Source of the DNA: a candidate division WOR-3 bacterium
GTDB lineage: Bacteria; Hydrothermota; Tepidihabitantia; B3-TA06
Assembly: GCA_023128825.1 (NCBI GenBank)
Contig: JAGMDF010000082.1
Coordinates: 8,626 to 72,625 of the forward strand
Length of the DNA stretch: 64,000 nucleotides
Direction of reading: 5' to 3'
Made by a program: the position numbers and the translations under genes. Below the pieces are notes generated by a model. It searched no databases and was not told the DNA's origin. It saw nothing but the letters and a program-made list of their open reading frames with translations. Shown here in pieces: positions 1-8,702 of this stretch (position 1 is the first letter of the stretch; each line of letters starts with the position of its first letter).

Positions 1-1
1 G

Positions 2-463
2 CATCTTGTAAAAGCGGAGGACGTACCGCAGGTTATCCGCAAGACTCTGGGGACAAACAACGGGCGGATAATCGGGACGCTTGTGGAGGATCTGATCGAA
101 AGCAACCGGGAGCATCTGCGCTCGATAGGGTTCAGCCCCAAGATCAACACGGCGGTGCGTGCGCTTTACGGGTTCAACTACGACCGTGTCTACCTGCACC
201 CTCGTGTGAGGCGCTACAGCGAGAACGCGCACCGGATACTCAAGCTTTTGTTCGAGCGGCTTTACGAGTACCTGGTGGGGGGTGGGGAGACCCAGGAGCC
301 TAAGCCGGACGTTTTCACGCAGCTGGATTACTTCGTTCGCTACACCTCCTGCGAGCAGGGTGCTGACCCGGCACAGGTGGTGATGGACTTTGTTGCCGGC
401 ATGACCGACAACTACGCGGTCCGCTGTTTCGAAGAGCTTTATATTCCCAGAGGAATTAGGTAG
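2..463 (+). CDS. dGTP triphosphohydrolase-like HD-domain phosphohydrolase, C-terminal part (5' end lies outside window)
   Basis: Frame is open from window edge to TAG at 461-463; C-terminal 'VMDFVAGMTDNYAVRCFEEL' matches the HD-associated C-terminal motif of dGTPase-family proteins. Confidence 0.6.
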   Translation, partial: HLVKAEDVPQVIRKTLGTNNGRIIGTLVEDLIESNREHLRSIGFSPKINTAVRALYGFNYDRVYLHPRVRRYSENAHRILKLLFERLYEYLVGGGETQEPKPDVFTQLDYFVRYTSCEQGADPAQVVMDFVAGMTDNYAVRCFEELYIPRGIR

Positions 464-802
464 AAGGAAAATCCTTTTCCTTAAACCTCCCTGTTGCGAA
501 TCAGGAGAGCCGAATCCCAATCAAGCGCCGAAGATTGCTTCGCGGAACACGAAAAACACCAGGATGGCGAAGAAGATAAGCACCACGCTCACCACCACAG
601 CTATGATGCCTATGCGGAAACTGCGGGCGTGACTGACCCTTGGAACCTTTTTAATCATCGTATAAGTATAACGACTCTGACCCGGTCGTCAAGGGAACGA
701 TGCTCCTTTTCTCATGCGGAGACACTTGTGAACCGATAGGTTAAGAGATCGCAGCGCGATTCAATCACAGGACAGTTTACTCCGTGGTTCACGTGGGGTG
801 CA

Positions 803-1243
803 TCATCTCTCCACGATGGTGACCGGGAAACTCATTGTACCCAAGGGCGTGTCGAAGTAGACAGTGCCCACTATCTTGTATTTCGCTCCAAGGTTCTTGA
901 TCGTGGAGATGATTGCGGTACCCACCTGGGCGTAGTCAAGGGTTACCACCGGCGATATCTTGACCGACCCCCCAGAAGGGATGCGAGTCTTAAGGTTGGA
1001 AACACCGTTGGCCACATGCTCGTCGTTGACGTAGAGGTCGAAGCGCATCCGGTCAAGCACAACGTCTATCCTGTTCGGGTTGGTGACGTCTATGTTGATA
1101 GCGAGCCGCAGGTAGGTGAGGGCGATCTCCTTGATTGAGGTTCCTGCCAGCCGGAACTCACAGTTTTGAAGCTGGGTGCGCCGGAGTATAAAGCAGCCCC
1201 CAAGTACTGAGGCCAGCAAGGCCGCAAGGAGAAACTTCTTCAT
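803..1243 (-). CDS. LEA_2 / NDR1-HIN1-like (late embryogenesis abundant type 2) lipoprotein
   Basis: Signal peptide with lipobox 'LGGC'; 'DVTNPNRIDVVLDRMRFDLYVN...GTVYFDTPLG' beta-sandwich LEA_2 signature; 146 aa. Confidence 0.65.
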   Translation of the reverse strand: MKKFLLAALLASVLGGCFILRRTQLQNCEFRLAGTSIKEIALTYLRLAINIDVTNPNRIDVVLDRMRFDLYVNDEHVANGVSNLKTRIPSGGSVKISPVVTLDYAQVGTAIISTIKNLGAKYKIVGTVYFDTPLGTMSFPVTIVER

Positions 1244-1708
1244 CTATAAGAGCGGCAGGTAAAGGCTGGAGATGGTCGTCCAGGAGTGGTATGCGCCGAG
1301 CGGGGTCTCGTAGTAAACCTTGGCCCTGATGCTGTAGGAAGCGGAATGCGATTTGATCATATTGAATATGGCCAAGCCTGCGCTGAGGTAGTCGAGAGCA
1401 ATATTGGCCTTGAATTTTACCGACTCGCCGGGCGGGATGGGCTTATCCTTAAAGCTTGCCGCCCCACCGCCTATCTCCTGGCCGTTGGCGTAGACACTGA
1501 ATTGCATGCGGTCGACTATTACCCCAACCCCGTTCGGGTTGGTAACGTCCATCTCAAGCTCGAGCTTGGCGTAGGTGAGGGCCTTTTCAACGGTCTCTAC
1601 GTCGGCCAGCCGGAACTCGCAGTCCTTGATACCCTTGGGCCGCATGCCCACGCAGCCTGCAAGAAAGATCGATGTCAAGACTGCAATCACGGATAATGTC
1701 TTTCTCAT
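1244..1708 (-). CDS. LEA_2 / NDR1-HIN1-like lipoprotein (paralog of the downstream gene)
   Basis: ATG at 1708 preceded by GGAGG SD; 'MRKTLSVIAVLTSIFLAGC' lipoprotein signal; 'DVTNPNGVGVIVDRMQFSVYAN...AKVYYETPLG' parallels the neighbouring gene. The rest of the 338-aa track ORF is antisense to the nitroreductase gene. Confidence 0.65.
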   Translation of the reverse strand: MRKTLSVIAVLTSIFLAGCVGMRPKGIKDCEFRLADVETVEKALTYAKLELEMDVTNPNGVGVIVDRMQFSVYANGQEIGGGAASFKDKPIPPGESVKFKANIALDYLSAGLAIFNMIKSHSASYSIRAKVYYETPLGAYHSWTTISSLYLPLL

Positions 1709-1820
1709 AACTCCTCCATGTGAAAGACTACGTTCTAAAACCTGCTTGTCAAGTAGTTCCTTCAATCGAAGGAAGGGACGGGTGGTGTTGACTTGAGGTT
1801 CGAGGGAGGTATTCTTAGTC

Positions 1821-2396
1821 ATGGATAGATGGAGCGCATTTTTTGAATTGGTTGAAACCAGACGAAGCATCCGCCGCTTCGAGGATAAGGAGGTCGAGGA
1901 AGAAAAGATCCGAAAGATACTTGAGGCTCTCAGGCTTGCTCCCTCGTCATCCAACTCCCAGCCCTGGCACGTGGTAGTGGTGAGAGACAAGGAGGTAATC
2001 TCAGCACTCTCAAAGGCCGCACCTGTGGGTTCGCGATTCGTGATCTCGTGGATGTCCGGGGCTCCGCTGGTGTTCGTGCTCACCGTCCGACGCAAGCTGA
2101 CCCACCGTGTGGCGCGGGCCTTCGGACATGCAAACCTCTGGCTTGACGCGGGGATAGCTGGTGAGCATCTTGTACTGGCAGCACAAGCCCTTGGTTTTGG
2201 AACCTGCTGGATAGGCTGGTTCAGTGAAAGGAAGGTTCGCAAGCTTGTTGGACTTACCAAGGCGCATGAGGTGGTCGCCTTGATACCGTGCGGTTATCCG
2301 GCTGAGGAACCCGAACCCCGGCCAAGGAAGAGCCTGGAAGAGATATTCTCCGTGGAGCGATTCGGCGGCTCAGGGGGCATGGATGAGATATCCTAA
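1821..2396 (+). CDS. nitroreductase family protein (NAD(P)H:FMN oxidoreductase)
   Basis: 'RRSIRRF' N-terminal nitroreductase motif, 'SSNSQPWHVVVV'; 191 aa. Confidence 0.8.
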   Translation: MDRWSAFFELVETRRSIRRFEDKEVEEEKIRKILEALRLAPSSSNSQPWHVVVVRDKEVISALSKAAPVGSRFVISWMSGAPLVFVLTVRRKLTHRVARAFGHANLWLDAGIAGEHLVLAAQALGFGTCWIGWFSERKVRKLVGLTKAHEVVALIPCGYPAEEPEPRPRKSLEEIFSVERFGGSGGMDEIS

Positions 2397-2693
2397 GGAA
2401 CTTATCCTGGGGTATTGACAAGTGGCGTTACTTCCTTATTATTGTGATAGTGAAAACTGCATGTGGGAGTACAGGTGATTTTGAGTATTTACGATCGTGC
2501 TGAGGATTATCTCGGCACGCGGGTCGAGGATCACAGCGATAGGGCTAATGGACAGTTTGAGCCATGCAATGATCTTAACCCTCAAACCGATCAGGCAGGC
2601 GGTTATGCCTTATAGCTTTAAGTGCATCCCCGACAGTTATGGACGTAAACCAAGAAACTTAGTTAAAAAAGCACTCTGTCAAGGAGGGAATTT

Positions 2694-4544
2694 ATGAAGA
2701 AAGCCCTTCTCGTTTTCTTGCTTGTGGCAGTAGCGGCGCCTGCTCAGTTCAGCGACGCCGTAGGAACTACTGCACACCCCCTTTTGAAGATAGGATTCGG
2801 GCCGCGTGCGGCGGCGATGGGTAACGCCTATGTAGGACTTGCACCGGACATCACCGCCCTCTGGTGGAATCCCGCAGGTCTCAACCAGCTCAACACCTAC
2901 GAAGCCCTGATCTCGCATCACGAATGGCTGCGGGGCATAAGAGACGAGTTTGCGGCCCTCATATGGCCGCAATCGGCCAACAACACCTTCGGTTTCGCCA
3001 TGAACTTTACAAGTGCTTCAGGCATCGAACGCTGGGATGCAGATAACAATCCGGGAACCGGGGCAGATTCCCTGGTCATGGCCTACGAGGCTATGCTTGT
3101 GGGCTCATACACTCGTCTCTTGGGTGAAAGATTCGGCGTAGGGGCGAGCTTTAAGGGTCTTTATGAGAATCTCGCCGGTCCTGCAGGCTACGGCGGAGCG
3201 GTTGATCTCTCGCTCCACTGGAAGGCTTCCCCGGTCTTCGCTCTGGGCCTTGCCCTGCAGAATCTTGGTCCCGGGATGTTCTATACAGGCGGCATGTATC
3301 TGTTTCCAATGCAGGCTCAGTTAGGTGCGGCACTTACGTTCGAGAATGTCCTCTACGGGTTGAACTTGTTAACCGACGTCCGGGTGCCCTTTGACAACAA
3401 TGTGAGCGTGCATGCCGGTGCCGAGGTTTGGCCGCTTGAGATCCTGGCCGCGCGCGTAGGGTTCCAGTCAGGTCCTCAGACATTGGGAGAGCTCAACTTC
3501 CTTGCCGGTCTGACCGGAGGCGTAGGACTTGTGTTGAACAACTATCGTGTTGATTACGCGATTGCCCCCTACGCCCACCTTGGATTGACTCATCGACTGG
3601 CTCTTATCGCGGCCTTCGGCGAGAGGCCGCGTTACGGCGGCGTCATAGTTCGCGTGATCGATGCGGAGACGAAGAAATCCCTTGCGGCCCATCTTAAGGT
3701 CGAGGGGGTTACCAGGGCAGAGAATGATCTGGTCGAGAATGAAACCTGGGAGCGCAAAGGACTCGCTCCAGGAAGGGTCTCTGCAACCGCCAGCAAGGAA
3801 GACTACTACCCATCCTCCGGTCAGGCCCAGATCAAAGCCGGCCAGACAGCCCAACTCGTCATCGCCCTCTCAAAGATCCCGCCTGGAGGAATAACAGGTC
3901 GTGTCTTCGACGTGAAGACTAACGATCCCCTTGTGGCCACGATTACCTACGAAGGACCCGAAGGGATCAAGGGCGAGGTCAAAACCGACGAAGAGGGCAA
4001 CTACACCATACCTGGACTCTACAGAGGCGACTATGCACTGTTTGCCGAGCCACAGCATCCCAAGTACTTCCCACAGGATGCCGAGGTTAAGGTAGAGGCG
4101 GCAAAAGGCGCCAGGAAGGACTTTGCGCTGCTGCGTGAGAAAGAGCTAATCGTCTTCTACAACGTGAACTTCGAGACCGGCGAGGCCAGGGTCCTTCCCG
4201 ATTTCTACGACGTGCTAGATGAGATCGGCCAGATATTTGCGGATAACCCCACGATCGTGGTGGAGCTGGGTGGACACACCGATTCACGTCCCATAAAGAC
4301 CCCGGAGTTCGCAGACAACGTGGAGCTCTCCCAGGCGCGTGTAGAAGCGGTCCGTGAGTATCTCATAGACAAGTTCCAAATCGATGAAGAACGACTCTCA
4401 GCCAAAGGATACGGCGACACACAACCTATTGCCTCCAATGAGACCGAAGAAGGTATGGCGAAGAACCGCCGCGTGGAGTTCAAGGTACTAACCGGTATTG
4501 AATACTTCCACGAGATCCGCAACATCAGACCAGAGGAAGACTAG
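2694..4544 (+). CDS. outer-membrane protein: N-terminal PorV/FadL-like beta-barrel fused to two carboxypeptidase-regulatory-like domains and a C-terminal OmpA peptidoglycan-binding domain
   Basis: Signal peptide; N-terminal 'RAAAMGNAYVGLAPDITALWWNPAGL' motif shared with ORF 52574..53656; 'GGVIVRVIDAETKK' / 'GITGRVFDVKTNDPLV...EGNYTIPGLYRGDY' CarboxypepD_reg-like; 'ELGGHTDSRP...NRRVEFKV' OmpA_C. Confidence 0.6.
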   Translation: MKKALLVFLLVAVAAPAQFSDAVGTTAHPLLKIGFGPRAAAMGNAYVGLAPDITALWWNPAGLNQLNTYEALISHHEWLRGIRDEFAALIWPQSANNTFGFAMNFTSASGIERWDADNNPGTGADSLVMAYEAMLVGSYTRLLGERFGVGASFKGLYENLAGPAGYGGAVDLSLHWKASPVFALGLALQNLGPGMFYTGGMYLFPMQAQLGAALTFENVLYGLNLLTDVRVPFDNNVSVHAGAEVWPLEILAARVGFQSGPQTLGELNFLAGLTGGVGLVLNNYRVDYAIAPYAHLGLTHRLALIAAFGERPRYGGVIVRVIDAETKKSLAAHLKVEGVTRAENDLVENETWERKGLAPGRVSATASKEDYYPSSGQAQIKAGQTAQLVIALSKIPPGGITGRVFDVKTNDPLVATITYEGPEGIKGEVKTDEEGNYTIPGLYRGDYALFAEPQHPKYFPQDAEVKVEAAKGARKDFALLREKELIVFYNVNFETGEARVLPDFYDVLDEIGQIFADNPTIVVELGGHTDSRPIKTPEFADNVELSQARVEAVREYLIDKFQIDEERLSAKGYGDTQPIASNETEEGMAKNRRVEFKVLTGIEYFHEIRNIRPEED

Positions 4545-4576
4545 AAGAAACCCTATAAGCAACACAGAACTTTCGA

Positions 4577-4610
4577 CCCCCGTGAGGAGAACCTCACGGG
4601 GGTTGTTATT
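4577..4610 (+). terminator. rho-independent terminator (11-bp stem CCCCCGTGAGG/CCTCACGGGGG, then TTGTTATT)
   Basis: Perfect hairpin plus T-run directly after the 2694..4544 stop; a second hairpin (AAGCCCC/GGGGCTT at about 4630-4650) serves the convergent minus-strand gene. Confidence 0.7.
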
Positions 4611-4678
4611 AGACCCCCCAAGCATCAAAAGCAAGCCCCGGTTAGGGGGCTTTGGCTTTTAAACGATGGATCTTTCAG

Positions 4679-4918
4679 TTAATCAGCGCCCAGATAATCG
4701 TCAATATCGTCAACATGTGCCCATATCTCATAATCAACGTCTGGGATAACGCAGCCGCATAACTGCTCAAGGACAGAGATAAGTGCGGGGGCATCCTCGG
4801 GCCAAGACTTGCCTCCCAACCCGTTAAGGGGCGTTTGTGCACTCACCTGATCTATCCCTACACCTGCCCATGCAGCCACCGCCTGATGAACCTGTTCTTT
4901 AGAACAAGAGCTACGCAT
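4679..4918 (-). CDS. small acidic hypothetical protein (79 aa) co-directional with the upstream TPR gene
   Basis: ATG preceded by AAGGAG SD (rc of 4919-4935); no recognisable family. Confidence 0.35.
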   Translation of the reverse strand: MRSSCSKEQVHQAVAAWAGVGIDQVSAQTPLNGLGGKSWPEDAPALISVLEQLCGCVIPDVDYEIWAHVDDIDDYLGAD

Positions 4919-4947
4919 AATTTGCTCCTTAACTATATGTTTTTATC

Positions 4948-6114
4948 CTACTCAACATCTGAGCTGGGCACTTGCTTAAGCCACTCGTCCAGCTTGACGA
5001 GCTCATTCTTCAACCCCACAGAGTGATACCCCCGACGAGCTTGCTTAAGAAGCTGCTCCAAACCAGTGACCTTAAACCCTAGTTCCTTCACCATTTCACC
5101 AAGCCTTCCGTGAAGCGACAGAAATCGCTCCACATCATCCGCTTTCTCAGCATAGGACAAAGCCTCGGTAAAGTAACGTATCGCCCTATCCACGGCCCCC
5201 TCGTAGACGGCCATCTCACCACGAACCATCTGAATATTACTCATCAGCGAAGCCGAGTCAACCCCTTTTGCCAGTCCTATAGCCTCCCTCAGGAAAGGAC
5301 CAACCTTATCGAGTTGCTCCAACCCTATGTGAACACGGGCAAGATTGCACAAAATAATGGCCAGGTTCTTGCGATCCCCTAACCCCTTAAAAAGTCCATA
5401 TGCCCCTTTCAGAGGTTCCAACGCCTCGGTAAACTCGTCTTGCTTAAGGTGCAGGGCACCACGCCGGAAGTGGGTGATTGCATCGAGTCTCTTATCGTCA
5501 AGTTGTCGAGCGAGTTCCTCAAGTTTCTCGAAACTCTGTATGGCGAGCTTCGGTTCATCCTTTTCCATATAGGAGGAAGCGATGCAGCCATAGCACCCGG
5601 CAAGCCCGCGCAGATCGCCAACATTCTCCAATCGCTTCTTCGCGTCTTCAAGAATCACAATGGCTTGACCGTGATCCCCGTAACGTTGACTGAGGACTGC
5701 CCTGTTTACGAGGATACGTCCCTGAAGACGCACATCCCCGGTGATGTTTGCAAGTGTCAAAGCCTCGCTCCACGCCTTATCAGCCAGGGCGTATCGGTTC
5801 ATGCGCGCGTACACATTCCCTAAGGCCAAAATACTCTTGCAGAGGACCTCAGAATCGCCACAGGTAAGGGCATACCTGCGTGCAATTGTAACGTAATCGA
5901 AGGCCTCGTTCAGTTGACCACGGTTAAGAAGCGCCTCTCCGGCTATCCGATTCAACTCTGCGCTCTCTACAGCCGTAGGGGTATGTTTAAGCCCCTGGAC
6001 AGCACAACGCAATGCATCCTCCGATTTGTCCTTCTTGATACACTCACGAGCCTCGGCAAGGAGCTTCGCGCTTTTACTCCTTCCCTCAGCTAATTCACTT
6101 GTGTTGTTGTTCAA
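4948..6114 (-). CDS. tetratricopeptide-repeat (TPR) protein
   Basis: 388 aa of repeated 34-residue TPR-like helices (for example 'ALGNVYARMNRYALADKAWSEAL'). Confidence 0.6.
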   Translation of the reverse strand: MNNNTSELAEGRSKSAKLLAEARECIKKDKSEDALRCAVQGLKHTPTAVESAELNRIAGEALLNRGQLNEAFDYVTIARRYALTCGDSEVLCKSILALGNVYARMNRYALADKAWSEALTLANITGDVRLQGRILVNRAVLSQRYGDHGQAIVILEDAKKRLENVGDLRGLAGCYGCIASSYMEKDEPKLAIQSFEKLEELARQLDDKRLDAITHFRRGALHLKQDEFTEALEPLKGAYGLFKGLGDRKNLAIILCNLARVHIGLEQLDKVGPFLREAIGLAKGVDSASLMSNIQMVRGEMAVYEGAVDRAIRYFTEALSYAEKADDVERFLSLHGRLGEMVKELGFKVTGLEQLLKQARRGYHSVGLKNELVKLDEWLKQVPSSDVE

Positions 6115-6291
6115 CCTATCCTCTTCTCCATACCTGATTTGAGATTCATCCCATTATTTATATACTCAAAGTCTACTGAAAACGAGCCCCTTGTCAAGCC
6201 TCGCCCGCTAATTGGAGAAAATAGATACTGATTTTTTTTTAAATATTTATATCATTATGCTCAAATCCGTACCCTTGCTACACTCTTCCTC

Positions 6292-6319
6292 TTGACAGAC
6301 CCGCTTTCTGGCCTATACT
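6292..6319 (+). promoter_or_regulatory. sigma70-type promoter of tRNA-Gly (TTGACA-16-TATACT)
   Basis: -35 at 6292-6297, -10 at 6314-6319, tRNA 5' end at 6333. Confidence 0.65.
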
Positions 6320-6332
6320 TTTCTTACTAGAT

Positions 6333-6405
6333 GCGGATGTAGCTCAGTTGGTAGAGCACAGGCTTCCCAAGCCTGTGGTCGCGGGTTCGAGTCCCGTCGT
6401 CCGCT
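6333..6405 (+). tRNA. tRNA-Gly (anticodon CCC)
   Basis: Cloverleaf: acceptor GCGGATG/CGTCCGC, D-arm GCTC..GAGC, anticodon stem CAGGC/GCCTG with loop TTCCCAA, T-arm GCGGG-TTCGAGT-CCCGT; no encoded CCA. Confidence 0.9.
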
Positions 6406-6430
6406 TAAGGCGTATTATACTGGAGGCTGA

Positions 6431-7198
6431 ATGGTTCAGTTCGTGTTAGCAGTTCTCTTGATGACAGGTGTGGAGTTGGAGGTGGATTGGAGTGAACTCT
6501 CGGTTCACTTCTATGGACCGGTTGATCTCGCTGGCGACACGCTATATAAGGGGGAGCTCAAGGCGAGTCTCGATTCACTGCTTGCAACCATACCACTCTA
6601 CGCGGAGTTGAGTCTAGGGGATGCAGTGGCTCGTTCACAAGACGCTCAGAATTACTTCCAAACCGTGCTCTCATATCCACAAGTCGTTTCTACTCGCTAC
6701 TCTACCGCGGGAGAGGTTCAGAACGAGTATGTAATAAGTCTGGTTGGACCCTTTCTCGATGAACTCATCCCACGCCTCACGCAACCTGCTTCTTTGCATG
6801 AGCAAGAATCGGATGCCTCAGCCGACGCCGGAGAGAACAACCTGAGCTTCATCCCCAGCACCGGCTTCATTATAGATACGCGAGGAACAGGTTTTCAGCC
6901 GGGTATCTTTCCGCGATTCCTTGATCCACAAGGTAACGTAATCCTTGATGCGGGTAACGTGGATAGGAACGTTTTGTTGGAACGTGGTTATGTGCATTAC
7001 GCATACTCGCCGCGGGCCGCGCTCCAGACACGGGAGCTTGGACTCAACCCCTTGAGGTTGATAGCCGAACGTGCCGCAGGGCGTGATCGCTGCGACATCG
7101 TTCTTTCCGATGCAGATGCAGAACGTATTCTGAGTTCACCGCTTAACCTGCGTTTGCTCTCCGAGTGCCGGGTAACCATCATCATCGACCGGCAATAG
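6431..7198 (+). CDS. hypothetical protein (255 aa), first gene of a low-GC islet
   Basis: Long ORF directly after tRNA-Gly; no recognisable motif; start position uncertain. Confidence 0.4.
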   Translation: MVQFVLAVLLMTGVELEVDWSELSVHFYGPVDLAGDTLYKGELKASLDSLLATIPLYAELSLGDAVARSQDAQNYFQTVLSYPQVVSTRYSTAGEVQNEYVISLVGPFLDELIPRLTQPASLHEQESDASADAGENNLSFIPSTGFIIDTRGTGFQPGIFPRFLDPQGNVILDAGNVDRNVLLERGYVHYAYSPRAALQTRELGLNPLRLIAERAAGRDRCDIVLSDADAERILSSPLNLRLLSECRVTIIIDRQ

Positions 7199-7320
7199 AA
7201 CGCCGAGCGCTGGAGGGAAAAGGGTATGGGAAAGGCAGGATGGGGATTTGGTGAGATCTAGTTAAGCATTTTCCAGTTTTTCCTATTTGTATCTATGTAA
7301 GAACAACAAGGAGGAACAAA

Positions 7321-7953
7321 ATGAAAAAAGCTCTAACAATCATAGCCTTAATGGCACTAGGGGTGTCAACAGCATTCGGAGGCTCCATCCTATACGAGAC
7401 CCATATTGAGGATAGCCTCGATTTCGCTGGGGAGGGAATCGTAACGGTACTGGAACTAGAATTCACAACAGACCAGCCCAGCATCGTTTCTATTACATAC
7501 GGCGTGTCCAATGGGCATGGGTCAACTTATGGGCTTTCCTATTGGCTAACATGCAATGGAGATTCATTAGGAATGTCGACTTCGTGGAACCGGGGCACAA
7601 GCACTTACATGACCGAACTAGAATCGGGCACTTATACTTTAGGACTAGTGGGTAAGTTTTCCTCTGCAGGAGCTTACGTAGCCAACCCAAGGCTACAAGT
7701 GCTCGTATTTTACAACGACGCTCCCAGTGTCTCAGAAACTCCGCCTAACATCACTCTAACTGAAACCCATTCTATAATATCCTGCGGCCCTTCTGTAACT
7801 GTTCCAGGATGCAGTGAGGTTGTAGACATCTCAGGAAGAAAGGTTGATTGCGAAATCAACGGAGACCGAATCATGGTAAACAGTCTTTCAAGCGGGACCT
7901 ACATTGCAAGAGGTAGTGAAGGAAGAACCACCAAGATAGTGAAGCTGCAGTAG
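7321..7953 (+). CDS. secreted protein with T9SS (Por) C-terminal sorting domain
   Basis: Signal peptide 'MKKALTIIALMALGVSTAFG'; C-terminus 'VDISGRKVDCEINGDRIMVNSLSSGTYIARGSEGRTTKIVKLQ' matches the Por_Secre_tail pattern; AGGAGG SD; AT-rich codon usage unlike neighbours. Confidence 0.7.
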   Translation: MKKALTIIALMALGVSTAFGGSILYETHIEDSLDFAGEGIVTVLELEFTTDQPSIVSITYGVSNGHGSTYGLSYWLTCNGDSLGMSTSWNRGTSTYMTELESGTYTLGLVGKFSSAGAYVANPRLQVLVFYNDAPSVSETPPNITLTETHSIISCGPSVTVPGCSEVVDISGRKVDCEINGDRIMVNSLSSGTYIARGSEGRTTKIVKLQ

Positions 7954-8083
7954 TAAGGCTTTCTAGCTTTCAAGAATTTACCCCGTGTAATCAACGTAAA
8001 GTGGCCTGGATTGGGTTTGATAGCCCAGTCGGCTACTCTTTTTTACCTAAGTATTGAGTTGTAATTATTCGTAGGAGGATCAG

Positions 8084-8284
8084 ATGGGTGTTACTCCAGA
8101 TAGACCCAAAAAGTTTGTTCACATAGTAAGAATAGGGCAGGAGGTATGGAATCTGACAGGACAGGTAAGAAATGTTTACCGTGTATATAGAAGTTCAGGG
8201 AGGTGGGTACAGACTCAGATTGACCCTGATCCTGAGTTGCCCTATAAGTATAAGGGGCTTGTGGTACGTAAAGACATGGCTTAA
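8084..8284 (+). CDS. small hypothetical protein (66 aa)
   Basis: GGAGGA SD before ATG; followed by a hairpin terminator at 8322..8355. Confidence 0.3.
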   Translation: MGVTPDRPKKFVHIVRIGQEVWNLTGQVRNVYRVYRSSGRWVQTQIDPDPELPYKYKGLVVRKDMA

Positions 8285-8321
8285 TCCGAGGTTGCGCTCC
8301 TGAACCAACCACAGATAGATC

Positions 8322-8355
8322 TAGCGAGTTCTCTTCCCTCGCTAAGAGCATTTTT
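8322..8355 (+). terminator. hairpin terminator TAGCGAG...CTCGCTA followed by AGAGCATTTTT
   Basis: 7-bp stem, 9-nt loop, T-run; tail shares 'GAGCATTTTT' with the family-1 repeat elements. Confidence 0.5.
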
Positions 8356-8364
8356 GGTTAAAGG

Positions 8365-8604
8365 TTAGGAGGACTTGTTTGTTTTGGAGTTCTTCGTTCT
8401 AGACAACTCGGATGCAGAATCCTTACGTTTATAGTCGGTTTCGTAAAAACCACTCCCCTTGAAGATAACCCCTATACCTGTACCTATGAGGCGTTTAACA
8501 GGACTGCCGCACTTCGGACAGCGGCGCAAAGGCTCAGCTGAGATCGGCTGCAGGCGCTCAAAGGCGTATCCGCATACCTTGCAACGGTACTCGTAGATCG
8601 GCAT
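8365..8604 (-). CDS. FmdB-family zinc-ribbon regulatory protein
   Basis: 'MPIYEYRCKVCGYAFE...CPKCGSP' is the canonical FmdB CxxC...CxxC signature; ATG at 8604. Confidence 0.8.
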   Translation of the reverse strand: MPIYEYRCKVCGYAFERLQPISAEPLRRCPKCGSPVKRLIGTGIGVIFKGSGFYETDYKRKDSASELSRTKNSKTNKSS

Positions 8605-8635
8605 ACAACTAAAATTATAGTCCGCACTCACCCCC

Positions 8636-8671
8636 TTGTCAAGTTGACAAATTCACATGATCGTGTAGAAT
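8636..8671 (+). promoter_or_regulatory. promoter of the HEAT-repeat gene (TTGACA-16-TAGAAT) overlapping the inverted repeat TTGTCAAGTTGACAA
   Basis: -35 at 8644-8649 embedded in a 7+1+7 palindrome at 8636-8650; -10 at 8666-8671. Confidence 0.55.
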
Positions 8672-8702
8672 ATATTAGATTAAAGGCAACTGGAGGAGTG
8701 TG

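Noticed and set aside
494-739. His-rich 81-aa plus-strand ORF, and a possible 45-aa hydrophobic ORF on the minus strand (521..658, 'MIKKVPRVSHARSFRIGIIAVVVSVVLIFFAILVFFVF...')
   Set aside because: The plus ORF is low-complexity (HHAHHH) with no SD. The minus-strand mini-ORF looks like a small membrane protein, but it is below the size at which it can be supported without homology or expression data.
1709-2260. N-terminal 184 residues of the 338-aa minus-strand track ORF
   Set aside because: This stretch is antisense to the nitroreductase CDS. The real gene starts at the internal ATG (1708), which has a GGAGG SD and a lipoprotein signal peptide.
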